A stretch of DNA of 64,000 nucleotides, from contig SVJB01000005.1 of assembly GCA_015069185.1 (NCBI GenBank), positions 55,958 to 119,957 of the forward strand. Reading direction: 5' to 3'. The translations under genes and the position numbers were made by a program. Positions within the stretch are counted from its first letter, which is position 1. The number at the start of each line of letters is the position of its first letter. The notes below the pieces were generated by a model. It was not told the DNA's origin, did no database searches, and saw nothing but the letters and a program-made list of their open reading frames with translations. Shown in pieces: positions 7,801 to 15,313 of this stretch. This DNA is from Oscillospiraceae bacterium. GTDB taxonomy: Bacteria; Bacillota; Clostridia; UBA1212; UBA1255.

Positions 7801-10451
7801 TACATTATTTTGAGAACTTCAAGGCAGATGGTGGCACGGCTATCGGTAGATATACAGCGATATTTATACCTCAAAATACAAACCATGCTATCCGAAGTGG
7901 TATGTATTACAGGCCCGGATATGTAATTCTTGGTTGGAATACAGATCCTGATGGAAATGGTATTGAATATAAAATTAATGATGTATATTACTTTGACCAG
8001 AATGAAGATGTACTAGTAAATCAGGTTAAAGGTTTTGATACAGAAAATGACGTGTTGGTTTTATATGCTATATGGTCACAAAATAGCTACAGCGTAATTT
8101 TTGATGCAAATGTTCCCAACGGCATGCATTATGATGGTTCCATGGCAGAACAAGGATTCTTGTATAATGTACCGCAAGCACTCAGCAAGAATATGTTTTC
8201 ACGTAAAGGCTATAATTTCTTAGGCTGGAGTCATGATAAGGATGCTACTGTTGCTACTTATCAAGATGAATATTTGATCGAGGAATCCCTCACAACAGTG
8301 GATGGTGCTAAGATAACATTATATGCAGTGTGGGAAGAGTGTACTCACCTAGAGCATAGTATAACGTATACAGCACAAGATAATATTATTACTAAGACGT
8401 GCTCTTGTAATGGATTTACAGAGACTGCTACTGTTACGGCTACTGATACAGTCTATAACGGCACAGTTCAGAAAACCGGCACTGTTCAATATTCCGGTGC
8501 TAACTGGGGGATTGCTATTACATACATGGAAGACGACACTGTTGTCGATCCTATCAATGCAGGTACATATAAGGCTTGTATAACAATAGGTGGGGTTACA
8601 GCTTATACTACTTACTTTATCGATAAAGCAAGCCAACCTGCTCCTGGACAACCTACATATAATGTTACTACGCAAGAAGATATAAACTCTATTGTTGTTT
8701 TACTTCCTGGAAATATTGATACAACTAAAGATGTGGAATACCAGATTGCGTATATCGACAACAATGGTTTTCTTGTGGATCAGGCTTGGCAAGCAAGTAA
8801 TATTTTTGAGTTAAACATATCTCATACTACTTATTTCGTTTATATCAGATATGCAGAGAGTCAGAACTATTATCCTTCAGACCGTACTATTGCTGACGCG
8901 GGCTATTATTTTGAAAGTAACAAGGTTGCTATTTTCATTCGGAATGGTGATGGAGTTATAGCATATCCTACACAAATTAAAGAAAATGATGAGGTAAAAT
9001 ATTATGCTGTTGTTGTAGTACCTAATTCAGGCTATTATATTCCTGAGAATATTGGTCTTACTATTGAAGCTACATATGAAAAAGAGAATATTACTTATGC
9101 TAGAATTGATAATGATGGTAAGTTTACGTATGCCGTGTCTGGAATACACGTTCCTCCGGATGGAAGCGGTATTGCTACAAACGTAATTACTATCACCACA
9201 GGTAATGCTCGATTGATTCCTTCAATCTCTGCTAAGATAGATCCAGATGAAGTATTTGGCAGTGTTGTTGGTACACCTACTGTAATCAGCCGCGATTCAG
9301 CATTTACTGTGAATTACCGTATAGAAAACTACAATATTTACGATTACAGTAATCCGAAGATTGTTTTTAGTGCTGCATTACCCAAAGATACTACAATAAT
9401 ATTTGTTGATAAGATAAATAACACATATTGGTATAAGAATATAAGTGCTTCGACAAGCACAATTAATCTGGTTGGTTTTATTAAAATGGGAACAGCTTCT
9501 ACATATTACCAGATTACAGGAGCTACACAGGAATATCAATTTATAATTGATTTTTCTGATGTGGATGCCGGTGAAGTCATTCCTAATTTTCTTTCTGTAC
9601 AACTTCAGGTAACCACTGCTACTTCAAACGGTGCGCCGGATATTTTCACAGATGAATCAAATACTAAGGTGAGTACAGATATTGCGACTGTTACATTCGA
9701 TATTATGGATAAAACAGGTGATGTTTCTAATGACGTAGAACGTCTGACAAATACTGTTAACGTAAAGTATGCAGTGTCTAATGTTGCAAATATTGTTTCG
9801 TCTAAATGGAACGGACGTAAAGCTGCTCTCGTGCTTACTCCTACAAGTTCAATTCCTTTGGATAGTACAATTGAATTTACAGAAGGAAATACTACTGTTG
9901 TGCTTAATATTGTAAACGGATACTTCATCATTCCGTTACAATATACAAATTCTGATGTATATATTACACTGAAGTCACAGTTGTTCCCGGAAAACGGCGG
10001 CACATTCACGTTCAAATGTGAGTTGTATTCATCTGAGTCTATGGCAGGTAAAGCTCCTGAAAACGGTGAACTGATGGATACGATTGATACACTTACTTTT
10101 GTAAAGGTTAAGGACACTACTCCTTCTGCCGGATTTAGGGAAATTGACACAACTAAACAGGTTCTAAAGGCTACTGAATTAATAGAGATTGGTGTTATGA
10201 CCAAGAATACGCCCGTAGACAGATACACTGTTACAGTAACAATCATGTATAAGAATCCAAATGGCGGATACAGTAGTACAGCACAATCCGCGACTGTAGC
10301 GCCACCGCAAAATAGTGATTCTATTAACACAAATATTAGATTCGCCCTGACAACATACAGTGCAGGTAGTTACTGCTTGCTCCTTGAAGTCAAAGAGCCA
10401 ACAGGCTATTCAGTTGTCGCTACACCGTATTATTTTATCATCGAAGAATAA
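4878..10451 (+). CDS. giant secreted surface protein (1857 aa): parallel beta-helix, InlB-B/Flg_new repeats, MBG-like domain and a long Ig-like tail
   Basis: Sec-type signal ending VSA|EE. IGGG...[IV][ST]GG-x-[VI]-x-A repeats and PMP-like GGAVY/GGAMY/GGAFY/GGGVY/GGGIY/GGACY repeats lie at about 5660-7565. Two G[YW]-x-[FIL]-LGW..D...Y....LYA[IV]W repeats lie at about 7840-8340. A VYNGT..INAGTYK MBG-like module lies at about 8440-8630. No C-terminal anchor was seen. Confidence 0.8.
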   Translation: MKKNKRYLLYTLVLAGLIFVLALINMVSAEEVNYIYFDLAAGNVDINNSTYTGYIYDRENGNSKVTVTGTHHESNRYYIYQSCSYNTSFDEHGVPQYEAVTYDNKSWGDYITNNTDITGIIDAWDSAVSGKRTPTKNLINIKVSGKRCDLTLDNIWATYQKQGASGETPRSGLNVYKGSTLGTHVLVRLKGDNRFGSIHYYTGSLSTKDGSTLAFTSDAGNGSSLGTLTVIGSQSLTNSNGNYTAVPGSSNNVMTNHWDSVIGGSDSTDHVRGLHFYGGTIYAGSTPRENCTTIGGGGNGMGQVTITGGRVTAVAHTTGTAIGGGIAHTSYGGDSDVLISGGKVYAYNFGQPAYEVVSNFGTSDTAVIAAAKHIAGTAIGGGSSILSSGNKNAAKVTITGGEVYAQSLGGCAIGGGNSVNTTAGSANVVISGGVVHAQSTSETNYQGIEGYDVKSSVAIGGGRGGINGNGGNATVTISNNAVVYAGSIGGGGTISTNSTNNIGFAEVTVSGGSVQGQIIMAGGASKGCTFKMTGGTIDNKDHLYTFVQDKGGAVYIDDNNGVATISGGTIKNCDALQGGAMYMTAGKFNMSGDAKITDCTATQEGGAVYLGGGTFTMTGGLLNNNVSNTEGGAVFVTGGEVTIGQANCTADSHPVITNNYAQNGGAFYIEERTPVMYCGTIQSNHADVNGGGICVESGGFDLYDGNIIGNTASIGGGVYVHGGNVNMTDGSVSGNTASIGGGIAVNGGNVTIRDGNVDNNRATAGAGGGIYAASEGNDVSILITSGSVSGNTAFADGGAVAVLGDKNDTEDITVTIGLNENHRLVDCQHNSENADYKDCPVIENNRSGASGGACYITGSINARLNLFCLTENNNACESDGGLSNFLMVEGGKVILTTSKKIEEDNQDDDHGNAIIHNTIHIVGGQMDIYGSMLNPKTEGDITVEVQEVNNDDAAKNDYYWDHRFNIDENNKIYKVHYFENFKADGGTAIGRYTAIFIPQNTNHAIRSGMYYRPGYVILGWNTDPDGNGIEYKINDVYYFDQNEDVLVNQVKGFDTENDVLVLYAIWSQNSYSVIFDANVPNGMHYDGSMAEQGFLYNVPQALSKNMFSRKGYNFLGWSHDKDATVATYQDEYLIEESLTTVDGAKITLYAVWEECTHLEHSITYTAQDNIITKTCSCNGFTETATVTATDTVYNGTVQKTGTVQYSGANWGIAITYMEDDTVVDPINAGTYKACITIGGVTAYTTYFIDKASQPAPGQPTYNVTTQEDINSIVVLLPGNIDTTKDVEYQIAYIDNNGFLVDQAWQASNIFELNISHTTYFVYIRYAESQNYYPSDRTIADAGYYFESNKVAIFIRNGDGVIAYPTQIKENDEVKYYAVVVVPNSGYYIPENIGLTIEATYEKENITYARIDNDGKFTYAVSGIHVPPDGSGIATNVITITTGNARLIPSISAKIDPDEVFGSVVGTPTVISRDSAFTVNYRIENYNIYDYSNPKIVFSAALPKDTTIIFVDKINNTYWYKNISASTSTINLVGFIKMGTASTYYQITGATQEYQFIIDFSDVDAGEVIPNFLSVQLQVTTATSNGAPDIFTDESNTKVSTDIATVTFDIMDKTGDVSNDVERLTNTVNVKYAVSNVANIVSSKWNGRKAALVLTPTSSIPLDSTIEFTEGNTTVVLNIVNGYFIIPLQYTNSDVYITLKSQLFPENGGTFTFKCELYSSESMAGKAPENGELMDTIDTLTFVKVKDTTPSAGFREIDTTKQVLKATELIEIGVMTKNTPVDRYTVTVTIMYKNPNGGYSSTAQSATVAPPQNSDSINTNIRFALTTYSAGSYCLLLEVKEPTGYSVVATPYYFIIEE
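7002..7151 (+). repeat. tandem 75-bp (25-aa) duplication inside the beta-helix region
   Basis: The units begin at 7002 and 7077 and share an identical 23-nt start, ggaaatactgcaagtattggtgg. They encode GNTASIGGGVYVHGGNVNMTDGSVS and GNTASIGGGIAVNGGNVTIRDGNVD. Confidence 0.8.
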
Positions 10452-10527
10452 TCATTTTATATTGCAACCTCACCATGAAAATGTTACACTGAGTCTAATA
10501 TAGACTACAGTGTTTGAGGTGTTATGT

Positions 10528-12777
10528 ATGATAAGTAAAACAAGAGACGGTTCGTCTATCATTGGCAAGAAAAATATTTATTTTTGTTCGCATCCGGAGG
10601 ATAGAGAATACTATCTAAAAGAGATAACAGAAGACATTTTTTACGTAATAAACTGCGCTGTATGGCATGACGACGGAACTGAAATATCTGAATCCAATAG
10701 ACTGTTTTTCTGTGAAAATATGGATTTGGTTGTAATTCCTGTTACAGACAAGTTTCTTTATGATGATAATTACGCCAAAGATACTGAAGTAGAGATATTC
10801 AAGAAAGCACGAATTCCGATTCTTCCCATAATTACCGATGAATCACAGTTTACAGCAGCAAACGCGCTTTTCGGTAATCGACAGGTACTGGAACATACCG
10901 TTACCGACAAGACAAAGCTTGGATATTACAATAAATTAGAGCGATTCTTACGAGGATTTCTGATGGGAGAGACACTTTTCAAAGAGTATAGCAAAGTGTT
11001 TACAGATACGCTGTTTATAAGTTATCGCAAGAAAGACAGAAGTATAATACTTGATTTGCTAGCTAAAATTCACTCCAATCCTAATCTTCGTACTGTTGGC
11101 GTATGGTATGATGAATTCCTGACGCCGACAGAAGTTTTTACAAAAGAAATAGAAAATTCTATTGTTGGCAGTTCGTATGTTGTTATGTTAATCACACCAA
11201 ATACACTAGAGCGAGGCAACTACATAATTACTGATGAATACCCGTATGCAAGTGAGAACAAGAAGAAAATCATAGGCGTGCTCAGTGGTGTCAGCCGAGA
11301 ACAAGCGACACAAATGTTTCCGAAAATAAAGGAATTTGTAGACATAGAAGATAAGAACCTGCCTGTGAAAATAGAAAGCTATTTCCAATTAAAGCCGGTT
11401 GATATTGATGACCTTCATAAACTCTACTGGCTTGGCCTTTGCTATATGAGCGGCATTAATGTGGAGAGAAATAGTGAATATGCGATAGAATATCTGACTA
11501 AGTCATCTGATAAAGGGAATATGGATGCGGCTGCTATCCTGAGCAGTATATACGCAGATGGTATTGGAGTTGAGCAGGATCCGGAAAAGGAAATAATGTG
11601 GGCGCAGAAATATGTGCAGAATGCAAAACAGTCCGGAAATATTAAGAAAATAACGGAGAGTATGCTCATACTGTCTGACAGCTATGACAGACATGACCTT
11701 ATAGAAGAATCCAACCGGACTCATACAGAACTGATGGATTATTTGACAAGACAAAATGATGCAAAGGAAGTGCTCAGTGATGTGGCACAGGCAGTACTGT
11801 ACTTTGGCAACAATTTACTTAGAAGAGGCTTGTATCAGCAGGCAACAGATGCTTTTGTTAATGTAAAGAATATGTATAGCCAACTTGCAGTTGATAATAC
11901 GCAGGAGTACGGAGAAGACAGTTATTTGCTGACTCAGCTAAAATATAACCTGGGCACAAGCTTGTTTAAGACAGGTAATTACATGGAAGCTAAGAAATAT
12001 TTTGAGGATGTTGTTCACGACTTGGGCCAGTACACGAGACTTGATCCTGAAGGGTATAACGATATTTACATCAAGGCTCTTGACAATCTGGCGCTGGTGT
12101 ACAGAAATATAGGGTATATGAATCATGATAATCAAAAGCTGTGTGAAGCAGAGCAACTTATGCGTCGTAGTGTGGAGATTGCAGACGATATGCTGCTGAC
12201 TCGCAGGCGTATATATGAGCCGCTACTTGCATCAAGCTGCCAGATTCTGGCAACCTTTTATATGAGTGTCTCAATGTACGATGAAAGCAGCGTATACTTC
12301 GCAAAAGCCATAGACTCTTACAACAATATACTCAAGTTCAAAGATTCAGATTGCAGTATTGAACTGGCACAGACCTGTAATAATTATGCAGTACTTCTGA
12401 GACAGCTTGGAGAGAATGATAAGGCACTTCAATATGCTGTACATGGAGCCAAAGAAATTAAAGACCATTGGCTCAAAGCTCCTACGGTATATAATCTTAT
12501 GTATGCAAAAGCACTGACAAGTGTTGCCATTATTTTCACTGCCATGGATGATTATGAAAATGCAGCGAAACATTTTATGAGTGCTATCGACCTATATAAA
12601 GTTAGTCAAAGGAACTCTATTGAAGCATACGAGGGTACTGCCGAATGTTATATGGAATTTGGCGTTATGTTTATGAAGGACGGACAACAGGAGAATGCAG
12701 TAAAATGTCTTGATTATGCTAAAAATATTACCAAATACTGGCAAAGAATGGCTATAACGATTATAGCCTGCAATTAA
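10528..12777 (+). CDS. TIR-like / TIR / Sel1-repeat / TPR-like multidomain cytoplasmic protein
   Basis: I prefer the ATG at 10528 (GAGGTG RBS 6 nt upstream) over the GTG at 10510. TIR_2-like block reads LFISYRKKDR..VGVWYDEFL..EIENSIVGSSYVVMLITPNTL..ITDEYPYA (about 11005-11320). A degenerate TIR-like N-domain reads NIYFCSHPED..AVWHDD..MDLVVIPVT..RIPILPII. Two Sel1 repeats lie at about 11410-11620 (YWLGLCYMSGINVERN.., AAAILSSIYADGIGVEQD..). The C-terminal half is helical-repeat. Confidence 0.65.
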   Translation: MISKTRDGSSIIGKKNIYFCSHPEDREYYLKEITEDIFYVINCAVWHDDGTEISESNRLFFCENMDLVVIPVTDKFLYDDNYAKDTEVEIFKKARIPILPIITDESQFTAANALFGNRQVLEHTVTDKTKLGYYNKLERFLRGFLMGETLFKEYSKVFTDTLFISYRKKDRSIILDLLAKIHSNPNLRTVGVWYDEFLTPTEVFTKEIENSIVGSSYVVMLITPNTLERGNYIITDEYPYASENKKKIIGVLSGVSREQATQMFPKIKEFVDIEDKNLPVKIESYFQLKPVDIDDLHKLYWLGLCYMSGINVERNSEYAIEYLTKSSDKGNMDAAAILSSIYADGIGVEQDPEKEIMWAQKYVQNAKQSGNIKKITESMLILSDSYDRHDLIEESNRTHTELMDYLTRQNDAKEVLSDVAQAVLYFGNNLLRRGLYQQATDAFVNVKNMYSQLAVDNTQEYGEDSYLLTQLKYNLGTSLFKTGNYMEAKKYFEDVVHDLGQYTRLDPEGYNDIYIKALDNLALVYRNIGYMNHDNQKLCEAEQLMRRSVEIADDMLLTRRRIYEPLLASSCQILATFYMSVSMYDESSVYFAKAIDSYNNILKFKDSDCSIELAQTCNNYAVLLRQLGENDKALQYAVHGAKEIKDHWLKAPTVYNLMYAKALTSVAIIFTAMDDYENAAKHFMSAIDLYKVSQRNSIEAYEGTAECYMEFGVMFMKDGQQENAVKCLDYAKNITKYWQRMAITIIACN

Positions 12778-12822
12778 ATTATATCGAAGAATGGCGGGAT
12801 AAAATTCAATAAGGAGTTACAT

Positions 12823-15219
12823 ATGTTTGACGAAAGAGAACTTAGTTATATTAAAAGTGCTAATCCGATATTCTTGCATGGACTTGCAAATGAAGAGAAT
12901 ATACAGGCGGGATTTGCCAGAACTGTGTGCCTGAACAAGGCACAAATCAGTGATGTTAGGGTATATGTAACAGCCGGTACTTTTTACAGGTTATATGTAA
13001 ATGGTCATGTTGCTGCCCATGGTCCGGCAAGAGCCGCCGAGGGAGACTTACGCGTTGATCTTGTTGATGTAAGCCCGTTTGTTTATGCCGGTGAAAATAT
13101 CTTTGCCTTTGAAGTTACTTCTCACGGTAATCCCTTTGACTCTTATTCAAACGAGATTGTGTGCGCACCAGGACTGCTGGCTTGCGCTATTGTATCAGGT
13201 GATGAAGTAGTAGACAAAACAGATGAGACATGGAGAGGTATACACTTGGCGCAACGCCGCCGGTTTGCAGAACGCATATCACATTGTAGAGAAAATGCAG
13301 AGATTTATGATTTGGACGCAGCCTATGAGGCGTGGAAACTAGCTCCTGAAATGTGCAAAATGCCTGTTGGAGTGCAGCAGTGGATACAACAGTTGCTTCC
13401 TCGTGGTATGAGTATGCCTACGCTTGATAGAGTAGGAACACCCAGACTGGTTTATTACGGAGGCGCATATATAGACAAAAACATAGAAGTACCATTACCT
13501 TGGTTTGAGAATCCTCATAAAGCACATTTTGACAAACTGACTGAAAGGCCGGGCGTGGAATATGTACAAACGGTAGAGACTGCTTTGTGTCGGGGCTCCT
13601 GTGTAAAGATTGACAACAAAGCGGTACACGCAACCAATATTCCTGAAGATAAAACTGTTTATCTTCACTATGATTTTATGGAAAACAACGTGGCATTTAT
13701 TGGGATAGACTTTGAAACGAAATGCGGCGGCGTTGTGGATATTGTACATCTGGAAAATTATGGATTATACGATAATAAGGAGGGAAAACCTCTCAGTACT
13801 AATCCTGTGACCCGCCTTCATGTATCTGCCGGTAGATTCCGTTTTCTCACTATGGAGCCCGGATTATTCAGATATATCAAGTTGTATTTCAGAGGTACAG
13901 GTGATTTTCACATAAATGACCTATACGCACTGGATTATACTTATCCGGATACAGAAAATGGCAGCTTCCAGTGTAGTGATGATGATTTGAACAGATTGTA
14001 CATGGCAAGTCGCAGGACTCTCAAATTAAACACTTTGGATATTTTCATGGACTGCCCTGAAAGGGAACGGGGCGGCTGGCTCTGCGATTCATTGTGGACT
14101 GCCCGTGCTCAGGCGCAGATGCTTGGTGATAGTACAGTAGAGAAAGCGTTTATTGAGAATTATCTCAGAGCAGACCCTGACAAGACGTGGAATAGCTTCT
14201 TTCCAGAGGTATATCCGGCTACCAAGAAGCCTTCAAAAGAATGCAATGCCATCACTACATGGTCTTTCTGGCTTATGGTAGAACTCTGTGAGTACACTGC
14301 CCGTACCGGAGATACGGAGCTGGCGCTCAAATATCAAGACAGGGTAGAGGCCTTTGTGAATAGCAGCATGAATACCATTGGATCATCTGGTTTGCTGGAA
14401 AATATGCCCTGCATTTTTATAGATTGGTCTACATCTAATAAATCAGAACACACTCAGCCTATATCAACAGCTGCAAATGCGCTGTATATCAAGATGCTTT
14501 GTGACTTAGGTGCGCTGTATGGCAGACAGGATTGGATAGAAAAGGGTAACTTGATGCGTCGGATCCTTTGTGGCGCCCTGTTGGCAGACAGCGAGAAATC
14601 TCCGTGGTCTCGTCCGGCGTTCCCTGACTCTATAAGCTACGATAATGGAACTTTCCGCTTGAATGGATATTATTCAGAAGCCGCACAGTATCTGATTTTC
14701 TGGTCTGAATTGTTTGACGGTATAGAATTAACACCTAAAATGCAACAATCAGTGTCAAAATTAAGAGAAAAAACTGTGAAAAGCATGGGTGTTATCCCGG
14801 AATTTGCTCCGTCAACCAATGTGGGTGGCGCAAACTTATTTATTGGTCTTTGCATTCGTCTTGACATGTTGGCAAAGATGGGACAATATGACATTCTGCT
14901 CAAGGAATTAAAAGCCCTGTATTATCCGCAGTTGCAGGAGGGCCCCGGCACATTGTGGGAGACTCGTGATATACATACTACCAGCAGATGTCATGGTTTT
15001 ACAGCTCATGCAGGAGTACATCTGACTCGGGATATTCTTGGCCTTGGTATACCTAATGAAAAAACAAAGACAATCCGTATCGTGCCGCATCCTTGTGGCC
15101 TTAGATGGGCTCGTGGCGTTGTGGCTACTTCTGATGGCCTTATATCACTTATGTGGACAACAGACGGAGGTTTTGAATGTAAGTCATCTATGCCTGATGG
15201 CTGGAAAATTGAAATGTAA
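12823..15219 (+). CDS. GH78-like alpha-L-rhamnosidase family protein (no signal peptide)
   Basis: The N-domain pattern VRVYVTAGTFYRLYVNGHVAAHGPAR..GENIFAFEV is rhamnosidase-N-like. MDCPERERGGWLCDS resembles the GH78 DCPxRxERxGWxGD box. Confidence 0.6.
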   Translation: MFDERELSYIKSANPIFLHGLANEENIQAGFARTVCLNKAQISDVRVYVTAGTFYRLYVNGHVAAHGPARAAEGDLRVDLVDVSPFVYAGENIFAFEVTSHGNPFDSYSNEIVCAPGLLACAIVSGDEVVDKTDETWRGIHLAQRRRFAERISHCRENAEIYDLDAAYEAWKLAPEMCKMPVGVQQWIQQLLPRGMSMPTLDRVGTPRLVYYGGAYIDKNIEVPLPWFENPHKAHFDKLTERPGVEYVQTVETALCRGSCVKIDNKAVHATNIPEDKTVYLHYDFMENNVAFIGIDFETKCGGVVDIVHLENYGLYDNKEGKPLSTNPVTRLHVSAGRFRFLTMEPGLFRYIKLYFRGTGDFHINDLYALDYTYPDTENGSFQCSDDDLNRLYMASRRTLKLNTLDIFMDCPERERGGWLCDSLWTARAQAQMLGDSTVEKAFIENYLRADPDKTWNSFFPEVYPATKKPSKECNAITTWSFWLMVELCEYTARTGDTELALKYQDRVEAFVNSSMNTIGSSGLLENMPCIFIDWSTSNKSEHTQPISTAANALYIKMLCDLGALYGRQDWIEKGNLMRRILCGALLADSEKSPWSRPAFPDSISYDNGTFRLNGYYSEAAQYLIFWSELFDGIELTPKMQQSVSKLREKTVKSMGVIPEFAPSTNVGGANLFIGLCIRLDMLAKMGQYDILLKELKALYYPQLQEGPGTLWETRDIHTTSRCHGFTAHAGVHLTRDILGLGIPNEKTKTIRIVPHPCGLRWARGVVATSDGLISLMWTTDGGFECKSSMPDGWKIEM

Positions 15220-15313
15220 TGTTTTGTCCATCTGCATTTAGTTTTAGTGTATTTTCACAGATGGACAAAACAGTTAAAATGCCATCAATATTAAGAAAAA
15301 AAGGTGATATACC

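Noticed and set aside
9605-10330. 241-aa antisense ORF, plus many 60-110-aa ORFs on both strands (e.g. 5911-6180, 6209-6469, 6518-6763, 7037-7315), inside the giant gene
   Set aside because: They lie entirely within the 1857-aa ORF. Their low-complexity composition mirrors the Gly/Thr/Val-rich repeats on the opposite strand or in a shifted frame. They have no RBS and no recognisable motifs.
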